Shown: positions 53,099 through 63,464 of the stretch, one piece after another
Layout of the letters: each line of letters begins with the position of its first letter
Position numbering within the stretch: the stretch's first letter is position 1
NCBI GenBank assembly: GCA_002269645.1
Contig: NIVC01000516.1
Span: forward strand, 454,892 to 518,891
Reading direction: 5' to 3'
From: Macrostomum lignano
Lineage: Eukaryota
DNA: 64,000 nt
The notes under the pieces: generated by a model
Told to the model about the DNA's origin: nothing
The model's database searches: none
What the model saw: only the letters and a program-made list of their open reading frames with translations
Program-made: the position numbers and the translations under genes

Positions 53099-53539
53099 AT
53101 GCAGACAATCTTTTTTCTGTTACTAAAAATAGAACAAAAAATGACACACGTTACACATATGCAAAATCTGAATGAATTGCAGGTAGGAGACCCAGTTGAA
53201 TACCGAGGTGAGGGGCTTTTTGATGTGGTTGGAACAGCAGCAAATTTTGTTAAAGACAATATGGGGCTTATAGGGCAAGCTGGCTCCGCAGCAGGTTCTA
53301 TAACAAATGCTGTAAAAGGAGGAATTGAAGCAGCTAGAGCGGCAGAAGAACTAAAGAAATTGAGAGATTTTAACGACACCCTCTCACAAATAAATGCAAT
53401 AAAAGATTTAAAGCTGGCACAAGCCGCACAACCAACAGAAACCCCCACGAAAAGCGCACCAATAAGTAATAAAGATATTCAGGATTTTAATAAAATGTTA
53501 AATACTATTAAAGGTGGAAAAGGATTAAAGAAATTTTAA
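53099..53539 (+). CDS. Putative virion core / protease-processed protein
   Basis: YRGEGLFDVV and IKGGKG resemble adenain-type Gly cleavage sites followed by an amphipathic helix. The true start may be ATG 53141. Confidence 0.6.
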   Translation: MQTIFFLLLKIEQKMTHVTHMQNLNELQVGDPVEYRGEGLFDVVGTAANFVKDNMGLIGQAGSAAGSITNAVKGGIEAARAAEELKKLRDFNDTLSQINAIKDLKLAQAAQPTETPTKSAPISNKDIQDFNKMLNTIKGGKGLKKF

Positions 53540-53549
53540 CAATATAAAA

Positions 53550-54535
53550 ATGGACACAGATAACGACCGCTTATATTTTATAGGAGAAATTGTAGATACT
53601 TTAGATCTAGATGATAATAAACATAGCCACACAATGTTAAAAAGATTGGATCGATTAGGTAAAAAGTTTGACTACGACATCGATACATTTAAACTCGCAG
53701 CAAAATATGCACAAGAAGGAAGGCCAATATCCTTTAAGAATCGCGGCAGAAATTATAGGTTAACAGACTCCGATGTGAAATTTTTAATGGAGACTCACAC
53801 TAAAAAGGACGGCGGATTACTACCCATTCTACCGCTTCTTTTAGGACTTGGCGCAGCTGGAGCAGTCGGTTTAGCCGGAAAAAGAATTCATGATAATGTA
53901 AAACAGCTAGGAGAGTTAAGAGCGAAACAGGGGGAATCTTGCCCCTTGCAGCTTTGCTCCCAATAATTTTTGCAGGAATTGGAGCAGCTGGAGGAGTTGC
54001 TGGCGGAGCAGCTGGAATTGCAAAAGCAGTAAATGACAAAAAAGCTGCGGACGAAAAAGCTAAAAGAGAGGCCGAATTTCAAAGACAGCAAATAACGCAG
54101 GACGCACAATTTAAACAGAAACTTATTGATACCATTAATAGTAGTTCAGCAACAGCAGAGCAAAAAAGAAATGCAGAAGCTAGGTTAGCAGCCGGAAAAG
54201 GTTTACTCTTGCAAGGAACAAATCACGGGAATGGTTTGGTACTAAAAGGAACAACCCAAGGAAGTGGAGTTGTCGCAGATAAACTACATGAATTTGGCCA
54301 AACTTTAGAAAAAACGGGTGAGAAAGCTAAAGGATTTTTTGACAATATTGGATCCAATTTTAGACCAGCTGTTCAGAAAATTTTTAATAAATTAGGAAAA
54401 GATTTTAACATCATTGAAAAACACGACGGAAGCGGATTATATCTCGAAATGAGACCAAAAGCAGGTTCAGGAATTTTCTTAAATTCAAATGTTATGGGAA
54501 ATGGATTGCTATTACCAAAAGCAGATCTCGAATAG
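53550..54535 (+). CDS. Glycine-rich membrane-active virion protein of Polintons (single gene split by a 1-bp loss at 53930-53934)
   Basis: Adding one G gives KQGGILPLAALLPIIFAGIGAAGGVAGGAAGIAKAVND, the motif seen in Polinton core proteins. 986+1 nt = 329 codons. Confidence 0.75.
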
Positions 54536-54619
54536 GCTCCTGGGGGGAGGGTCTGGACACCAAAAACACAAAATTAAAAAATCAATAATTCAAACATTAT
54601 ATAAATTTTATTCTATAAA

Positions 54620-57600
54620 ATGGAAGCAATTTTAGCTCAAATCGACAACCCTGAACTTAGAGCGCAATTAATAGCTCAAATCGATGCACAACGAATTGCC
54701 GATAGGGCTGAAATAGAAGCAAGAATTAGGGCAGAAAATGAGATACGTTTAGAAAGACAATTAAATGATATTAATAACCCCCAACCACAAGGACAAAATG
54801 GAGCTGAAGTAATATATATAGATATAGATATAAATACAAATTATAAAGAATATTTTAAACAAATGAAAGATAAATTAAAGACTATATTAAACAATTATAC
54901 TATAAGGCCAAATAACAAACGACAGCCAATTAAGTATAAAATAGAAGTTGAAACAGAATTTAAAAAACCAAATATTCTTAATGCAAATTCAGAAATTGAA
55001 GTAATAAATAACTTTTCACAAGAATCATATAAAACATTATTATCAATGGGAAATTACAACAATCAATTCGATCAAATAGAAGCTGAGTTTGATGAATGGA
55101 TAGATAAGATGACAGAAAACGGATCTGGGTTTATATTTGTATCCTGTAATTCAGCAATAGTAAAGATTGCACCTATAGAAATTCTTAAAGGACGATCACA
55201 TATGAAGCTCAAATTTAAATCACCTATGATTATAAATCCAGACAATAAAGATAATAAATGTTTATTATGGTGTTTATTAATTCATAAATATCACAATCAA
55301 GTAGAATCACACATTAATAAAATATATAATTATAGACAATATGAGGATGAAATAATAATGAAAAACATATCATACCCAGTAGCAATAGATGATATATATA
55401 AGATTGAAAAAATGAATGGTTTAAATATTAATGTTTTTACAATTGAAGAACCAAAAGATCTAGAAGAAATTCAGCAGGTCGATCCAGAATGGTATAAGAA
55501 AAACTGTTATCTTGTTAAGCCAGCAACGGATATAACAGCACCAGATCAAATCGATCTTTTGTACATGCAGCGCGAAAATGAAACACATTATATATACATA
55601 AAAGATATTAGTTCTTTTTTAAGAGAAAATAGAAATAGATATCCACTATGTAGAAATTGTTTTACATTTAAAAAGGATGAAACAGCTCTTAAAAACCACC
55701 AACGATTTTGTTTAGATCACAAATTTACTAATGCTATAATGCCAGCATCTGAAGATGCAACCCTAATGTTCCAACAACATTATATGGCAGTTAAAAAACC
55801 AATAGTAATATATGCTGATTTTGAAGCAACAAATGTTCCCTTAAAAGAATCACAGACGGTATCTGATGACGGTGAATGCACAAAAAAATTGGCACAACAG
55901 TTTCCGAATAGTTATTGTATATATGTACACTCTGTAGCTGATCATATATTTAAATCAAGGATGATTACTTACCACGGTAACGATGCAGCTAAGCACATGG
56001 CAGAATCATTAGTAAATGTATTTGAATATATTCAAAATCAATATGATAAATTATCAAAAAATATTAATATGACAAATAAGGATAGAGACAATTATAAAAA
56101 TGCAACAAATTGTTTTATGTGCAAAAGATATTTAAGTAAGAAAAATAAGATACGAGAACATTGTCATCTAACAGGAAATTATCGAGGGGCAGCATGTAGA
56201 TCATGTAATGCAAAAGAAGGAAAAGGATGTAAGGAAATACCAGTATTTTTTCATAATGGTCCGGATATGATTTTCATTTCTTAGTTCGAGAATTGCTTCA
56301 TTTAGGAAAGGATGAATATGAAATAAATATATTACCTAAAACATCAGAAAATTACATATCAATAACATATGGTAAGAAATACTCCCATCTAGTTTTTCTA
56401 GATTCCTTGAGATTCTTATCAACATCTTTAGCAAATGTTGTTTCATCATTAGTTCCAAAACCATGGGATTTAGAAATAGTAAAGAAAAACTTTCCAATAC
56501 TATTGAATCGTTTCAAAAAAGAAAAACTATCCGAGGAAGAACTAATGCTATTAACTCGTAAGGGCATCTATCCATATGAATATGTAACATCTGAAGACGT
56601 ATTTTTTCATACCGAATTACCACCCATAGAAAAGTTTTATTCAACATTATCACAAACAAATATAAGTGAATCGGATTATGAACACGCTCAAAAAGTATGG
56701 AAATACTTTAATTGTAAAACATTTAAAGATTATCATAATCTATATCTTAAAGCAGATGTTCTCCTATTAGCTGATGCATTTGAAAACTTTAGGAATCATA
56801 CATATGAGAATTTTAAAATTGATCCCGCATATTGTTTCAGTGCACCGGGATTAACATGGGCTTGTGGTTTGAAATACACAGATGTTAAGATTGATTTACT
56901 AACTGATCATGATATGTTGTTAATGATTGAGAGAGGAATTCGCGGCGGATTCTCGGTGTACTAGGAGATAGATATACTAAAGTAAATAATAAGTATCTTC
57001 CAAATTATAATAAAAAAGAAAAATCATCATATGTATTATATCTAGATGCAAACAATTTATACGGTGGTTGTATGAAACAAAAATTACCAATAGCTGATTT
57101 CCAATGGGAAGATGACCCCGATTATTACAAAAATATTCCCGAAGGAAGGGGCTGTATCGTAGAAGTGGATTTGCAATATACTCGGGAAGCAAAAGCAAAA
57201 ACATATAAATATCCTTTAGCTCCAGAGCATTGTTCAGTTAATGAAGATGATTTATCACAAACACAAAAAGATTATCTTAAAGTAGATAATGCAAAACATC
57301 TAGCAACAAAAAAATTAATATTAAATTTACATGATAAGAAAAACTATGTAGTGCATTATAAGCTTCTACAATTTTATGAAAAGCAGGGATTAAAAGTGTC
57401 TAAAGTACATCGAACAATATCGTTTATTGAGGAAGATTGGTTAGCTAAATATATTGACTTTAATTCAAATCAGAGACAGATGTCAAAAACAAATTTTGAG
57501 AAAGATTATTGGAAATTAATGAATAATGCTTTTTATGGAAAAACGGTTGAAAATATTAGAGATAGAACCCAATTCCATTTAGAAAAGGATATTGATAAAG

Positions 57601-58571
57601 CAAAGAAATATTTCTCAAAACCTAACTTTAAAGACTTTATAAAATTTGATGATAACTTTATGGGTATTCATATGAGAAATAAAACAACAAAATTTCTTAA
57701 ACCAATATTTATTGGAATGGTTGTTTTAGATTATGCAAAGCTGGTAATGTATGAATACTATTATGATGTTATAAATAAAACATGGCCAGATAACTATCCA
57801 ATATATGCAGACACCGACAGTTTGGTATTTAAGGTTGAAACAGATGATCGGGCAAAGCCCGAACCAAAGGTTCGATGTCTATAAAGATATGGAAAAAATT
57901 AAGGATACATGGATACCTCCGACTATCCGGATAACCATCCTTTAAAATCAGATCAAAATAAAAAAGTTGTACTTAAAATGAAAGATGAATTAAATAGCAA
58001 AATCATAACCGAGTTTATAGCAATAAGATCAAAATGCTATGCATTTAAGGTTTTAGGACAGGAGGGAGAGGTAAAAAAAATAAAAGGGGTATCAAGAGCA
58101 GCAGTAAAAAAGATAACATTTGATGATTATAAAAACGTACTTTTAGATTACCTTAATACAATTGAAAATTATCATGCTCCACAATATCGATTAAATTCAG
58201 ATAAGCATCAGATGTTTGTCATCGAGACAGATAAAAAAACATTAAGTCCATTTGATGATAAAAGGTATTTAGATGATAAAATTAAAACATATCCATATGG
58301 TTTAAAAGAAGAGATAAAAAATATGATAAAAGATAAAAAACAAAAAGAAGATATAATAAGTAAATATAATGAATACAAAGCGGCAATAAATAATTATTAT
58401 TACGATTGTGATTGTGAATCCGAATGTGATTGTGAATATAATACATTTCTAGAATATGAAAAAGATATAGATAATTATTATTCAACATTTCCAAAAGAAC
58501 TTAAAAAATTAAATAAGGAAAAAGTCTTGAATAACTGGAAGAGATTAACAGAAAAATTACTTATCGGATAA
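54620..58571 (+). CDS. polB: Protein-primed family B DNA polymerase with endonuclease VII domain (frameshifted as assembled)
   Basis: Exo I YADFEA, Exo II FHNG(S)GYDFHF, Exo III YLKADV, motif A DANNLYG, motif B KLMNNAFYGK, motif C YADTDS. Four ORFs are joined by lesions near 56260, 56955, 57849-57876 and 57906. Confidence 0.95.
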
Positions 58572-58936
58572 AATCCGCGACCCTTCGGGGCGGAAAAAAA
58601 CTAAAGCATGTAATTGTTTAAGCATAATATCCATTTCGATTTCATATAATATTGAAGGCCAATTTTCCTCGCAGTCGTCAGGGTAACTTAAACAATCCTT
58701 TATTTTTTTCCTAAGTTTTTTTATTTTTCTAACCAATCTATCTATTTCAATTTCAATTACTGTTTCAGCATAAGCAATTGCAGATTTAATAAAACGTTTT
58801 CTTTTATCCATTCATATCGGATGGGAAACATATCGTCCCCATACTCATGATATTTCTGAGATATAATTATATTTATTTTTTTATTAATATCATTAAGTTC
58901 ACGCTCTTTAGTGATAAGGATTTTTATCGTATCCAT
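58557..58936 (-). CDS. Small viral protein with a two-fold internal repeat (probably one gene with a 1-bp loss near 58811)
   Basis: A 59-aa ORF 58757-58936 overlaps ORF 58557-58811. Both halves share E.....K.I.......Y.DD...P.I.YE. Confidence 0.45.
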
Positions 58937-58951
58937 TTTCTTATAAAAAAT

Positions 58952-59283
58952 TTAGTCTTCGTCGTCATCCTCCCAAACAGCCGCCAATTTTACAGTCCTA
59001 TCACTCTTTTTATTATTTGTTTGTTTTAGTTTAAATTGCAATCCACCCTCGTTGCAGTATTTCATAACAAACGCTTTAGGTTTATTAATAACTAAAACAG
59101 GAAAATTTTTAACATCATCTCCGCTTAGACATAAAATTTTTTGCCCATCTAATTGTAAAAATATTGATTGAAGCCCAATAAATTTAACCTGTCTCAAACA
59201 TATAATATTATATTCTTTATTCTCCAACATATTGGGTGTGAGATAATTAATCACATTAGAATCGGTTTTGAACCAGCTTCCAT
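58952..59283 (-). CDS. Viral hypothetical protein
   Basis: 100-aa ORF extended to taaaaATG at 59283 by one restored base near 59275. Confidence 0.55.
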
Positions 59284-59309
59284 TTTTAATCTAAAAAAAT
59301 AACAAAAAA

Positions 59310-59822
59310 ATGAAAGACATTTATGTTTGTAATAAATGTAATGTGACTATGCACAGAGGGCAAACAGCAAACGGAGATATATATCATATGTGTTATTCAT
59401 GTTCTAAAATATATCAATTTGAAAAAACAAAAAAGATTGAAAACTCATATTACTATTTTAAAAACACAATTTTAAGAAATCTTACAAGAGACATTTCTGA
59501 TCCAATTTTAATTCCCGGAAATAATGTTTATTTATATAATAACTTTTTCCATTTAAATAAAGGAAAGGGATTAAGTTCGAAAGACTCCGAAAGGATTTTA
59601 ATTTTAGTTGGATATTATTTCAATTTTCTTATTCGAGAGAATACAAAGTTTATAAGGATAGGTAACATACCTAACGAAATGTTATTGAAAAAGTCATTGG
59701 AATTTTTATGTATTGATAAAAAATTTAAACCTAGGATCAGAAGAGAGTTACCACTTTGGGAAGAATATATAACATATGCATTAAATAAATTAAACAACAT
59801 TAAGTTCTACAGTACTTCCTGA
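59310..59822 (+). CDS. Viral protein with N-terminal zinc ribbon
   Basis: CNKC...CYSC, intact 170-aa ORF with an A-rich start context. Confidence 0.7.
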   Translation: MKDIYVCNKCNVTMHRGQTANGDIYHMCYSCSKIYQFEKTKKIENSYYYFKNTILRNLTRDISDPILIPGNNVYLYNNFFHLNKGKGLSSKDSERILILVGYYFNFLIRENTKFIRIGNIPNEMLLKKSLEFLCIDKKFKPRIRRELPLWEEYITYALNKLNNIKFYSTS

Positions 59823-60422
59823 CCGCGGGCTTTGTGCCCCAGTAGCAATAGTTTCAGGTTCGTAAATACCTAATGTTTCTATCGGTGGAGCTTTGGGTTT
59901 GTCCAAACGTAATTCTTTTAATTCCATATCGGTAAAAGTTTCAACATCTAAAATTCTATTTCTATCTTTTAAATATTTTTCATATAATTCAACCGCGGTT
60001 GATAATTCATGAATCGTTATCTCTCCGTCATCCAATATTTTTTGCACATATAAATATAACTGATTTTTATATTGCTTGGCAACATCTCTTAATGATTTAT
60101 ATTTTTCCTTTCTTTTTTTAAGATATAATTTAATTGCTAAAAGTATTGATAAGTTCCTGATCAATTCAAAACCTGATATTGAGCCAATTGAAATACCTAA
60201 AAATAATTGAGATAAATTAAGAGTTGGAATAGATTGTAAAATACCTAAAACGATTACACATAACATTGATAAGCTTCCAAATCCAATATTGAAAAAGTCC
60301 ATATTTCTTATATGGTTTGAAACTCTTCTTACTTTTTTAGCATATAAATCATAATCATAGTTAATACGATCAACATTACTTAACATCTGACCTTTACGTT
60401 GGTTGAACCGGTCGCGTTCCAT
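59790..60422 (-). CDS. Viral two-transmembrane protein
   Basis: Two hydrophobic helices followed by KKRKEKY...A..YKN...LDDGEIT..E, a pattern I recall from invertebrate Polintons. Confidence 0.7.
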   Translation of the reverse strand: MERDRFNQRKGQMLSNVDRINYDYDLYAKKVRRVSNHIRNMDFFNIGFGSLSMLCVIVLGILQSIPTLNLSQLFLGISIGSISGFELIRNLSILLAIKLYLKKRKEKYKSLRDVAKQYKNQLYLYVQKILDDGEITIHELSTAVELYEKYLKDRNRILDVETFTDMELKELRLDKPKAPPIETLGIYEPETIATGAQSPRSGSTVELNVV

Positions 60423-60760
60423 TTATCTGCTTCAGATACCGACATTCTCGTCTATTTTTAATAGCACCAAAATGAATTCCCCGCGCTCTTTGGGGATTTG
60501 TCCCGAGCTCAATAGGTATTGTATTGGAGTTATTCTTTCTTTTTTTCTCCCATTTAAATCCAATTTTCCAAAACTCTTGAAGTATAATATGATTTTTTAA
60601 TAACTTAATTAATTCTTGAAGCTTCTTATTATCCTGAACATTTACAGTACTAAATAAAAATTTGGTATGAGATTTGAATGTTTTTATATTTGATTCTTGT
60701 TTAGGAATAGGAATAATAACATTATTTTGCCGCATCGATGGAGTTCTACTAAAAGCCATT
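60394..60760 (-). CDS. Viral hypothetical protein (MAFSRTP...)
   Basis: Start context tatataaaATGG near 60758 within ORF 60394..60903. The C-terminal frame is uncertain. Confidence 0.45.
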
Positions 60761-60775
60761 TTATATATAAATATT

Positions 60776-62815
60776 TTATATTTGAGTAGGAGGTTTTTCC
60801 AAATAAGCAGTAGAGGGAAAAACATAACCAAAAGACGTACTACCACATACAACCGCACCACGAATAAAATGTGCAGCATCCGCTCCACCAGTTCGAGCAC
60901 CAAAACCCATAAGGGTTCCAGATTTATCTAAAGTTCCCCAAGTTCCACTATCATATGTGAAAACGTTCTGTCCAATGAGGGTAAAAGAATCACCAGCAAC
61001 ATTGTATGACTGTAATCGGTACCAAACCCTTTGATTTAAAATATTAATTTCAAATAAATGCCAATCGCCGTTATCAATATTAGCATAGGCTACAGTTTGA
61101 TCTGCGTCAGTATTAACATCCGCGCGGCTTGATCCGCCTGATTTTTTATTACTCCAAACAACTCCAAACCTATCATGCCACTCACTTGCAAAAACTATCA
61201 ATCCGGCGTCGGTTGATAATCCAGTTCCAAATTCCGATGTTGGACGTTGGTGACAGTATGCATAAAACCAAACCGCATCTGCACCATTTCCTGTAGCATT
61301 AGCAACTCGGAAAAAGAAAGACGCAGATATATTTTGAAAATGTGTGAAATTAAATTGTAAAGCCCCACTTACACCTGCGGTTTCACGAGTAATTCTAGCT
61401 CCATTTTGATAATCGATATAAGAAGCGTCACCAATTAAAGAACCAACTGGATATATATCTCCAGCGGTTGTTGGATTTTGATATCCAGTCCAATTACAAA
61501 TTACTGGCTCGAACAAGGCCGCATCAATAGCAGGTATTCCATCCAATTTATTTTTATCGCTTCCAGACATTCTACCATTTGATGTTGGAGTAGCTAGCTG
61601 ATCTACGTACGCTCGCGGAACTGCAGAAAGTATTTGAGTTGGCCAATTAAGATCTTGAATTTCAACACGGTGTTCAAATAATTGTATTTGACGAACCTCG
61701 ATAGGTTGTGTACCGGTACCACCAGTTGGGAAGAATACGCTATAATATTTCCAAAAATTAGTCGTTAAATTAGATAGAGCAAATGATGTTGCTTGAACTG
61801 GTGATCCCGACGTAGTTAATGTCGTCCATGAATCGGTAGCAACATTTTTTGCGCGAACGACCACCCCGAGGGTATCTCAATTGTTTCACTGCCTGTAATT
61901 CTTAATTCAAATATTCTTCTATTATAACCTAAAAATTCAAATTGAATTTCCATATTGGTTGTGGTTCCGGTATTTGGTGACCATTGTGTCGCAAGGCTTC
62001 CATCTCCAACTCGAAAAGCTGTGTTGCCATTTTCAGATGCTGTAAGAACAACATCAGGATTTGAAGTATTTGATGTAAGCGGCGTGGTAAAAATATCGGC
62101 GTCGGTTGCATTAGCTCGCTCGTTTACTTGGCCTAGAGTTATCGAGTCTGCGTTCTCTGTTCCAAATAATAAATTTGTTAATTTAAAATTATTCATATTA
62201 ATATTACCACTACGAGTGGCAACTTGATTATCGACATAGTTCTTATCAACCACTGAATCACTAGTTGTAATTGAAACATTTATAATTCGGTTGTTGCTCA
62301 TATCTAGGTTTCCGGTTGCGGTGGTTTGAACATAACGTGAATCAGAATCAGTTCGAGAATAAGAATCAGTTACATCTCTTTTTAAATTTAATCCATTATC
62401 AACTTCGGTTTTGGTATAAGAATCGGCTACGTTCCGTTTCAAATTTAATGAATTATCAACTTCGTTTTGGTATAAGAATCGGCTATTTCGTTTTAAATTT
62501 AATGAATTATCAACTTCGGTTTTGGTATAAGAATCGGCTGTATTGCGTTTTAAATTTAATGAATTATCAACTTCGGTTTTGGTATAGGAATCGGCTACGT
62601 TCCGTTTCAGATTTAGTGAATCATCTATTTGAGTTTTGGTATAGGAATCTGCAACATTTCTTTTTAAATTTAATTTATTATCAATTCAGTTTTTTTATAA
62701 CCTTCATCTCATTAATATATCGATTATCTCCAAATGTAACACTTATTCCACCAGATGTGCCACCACCACCACTACTTGTTGTTCCGTTCCATGAGGGTGT
62801 TCCAGAAAATAACAT
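60776..62815 (-). CDS. Fibre / receptor-binding protein: 19-aa repeats, shaft motifs, discoidin-like and L-type lectin-like domains (frameshifted as assembled)
   Basis: YTKTEVDNSLNLKRNVADS repeats, LDMSNNRIINV..KNYVD, AF..DG...TQWS...WKYY...EVRQIQLF, GRMSGSDKNKLDGI, NGADAVWF...GFGARTGG...H. Five small losses (6 nt total) restore about 681 aa. Confidence 0.75.
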
Positions 62816-62825
62816 TTTTTACTGT

Positions 62826-63254
62826 CTATTTTATAGAGTCTAAAATAGTCTTAAATACTTCGGGGTTTCCGAGTTATTAATCGATATAAAAAATACAACG
62901 CCGCTTGCCCGCAATAACTTTTATCAAAGTTTGAAATTGTTCGTGATGATCTCCACATAAACGATTTTTAGTATGATTAAATTTCTTTTATTTCCTGTAA
63001 CGGAGGAAGCGCGTATGAATCAAAAAAATAAACAAGTTTTGGTTTGAATAAACTGCTGACCAATGAACACCATTTTCTTTTGTTGTTTCAATATTAACAA
63101 TGAAAGATCCATATTGTGGTAAGTCTTTGATCTCATCTCGCATAACACATCTGAATGGTTTTATTTTTAACTGCCTCGCCCAATTTGTTAATTCGATATT
63201 GCTTGTTGTGTCCGTTCCATATCTTTGTTTAAAATCATCCCACGTCATGGTCAT
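62826..63254 (-). CDS. Adenain-like cysteine maturation protease (frameshifted as assembled)
   Basis: GVHW (His), YFFDSYALPP (Asp) and Q.QTFDKSYCGQ (Cys) recovered across short indels. Confidence 0.85.
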
Positions 63255-63255
63255 T

Positions 63256-63464
63256 TTATGTTCCTGAAAAACTCTTGGTTTTAGTTAGTTTCGTAGGTGT
63301 GGGTTTTAACAATTCCTTTCTTATTTTATCAGCTTGTAACTGCCTTAATTTTGCTAGTTCTAGTTCGTAATTATCTTCAGCTTTTTTAACTTTTTCTGAT
63401 TGTTTTTTTATTAAATATTATTATTATCGTGCTTTGCACGCGAACATGTTGTTCGATTACCCAT
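63256..63464 (-). CDS. Small basic coiled-coil viral protein, possibly myristoylated
   Basis: MGNRTT start. 209 nt + 1 = 70 codons. ELELAKLRQLQADKIRKEL helix. Confidence 0.4.

Noticed and set aside
62316-62843. 175-aa plus-strand ORF (also 53065-53448, 56352-56567, 58282-58494)
   Set aside because: Antisense shadows of the real viral genes.
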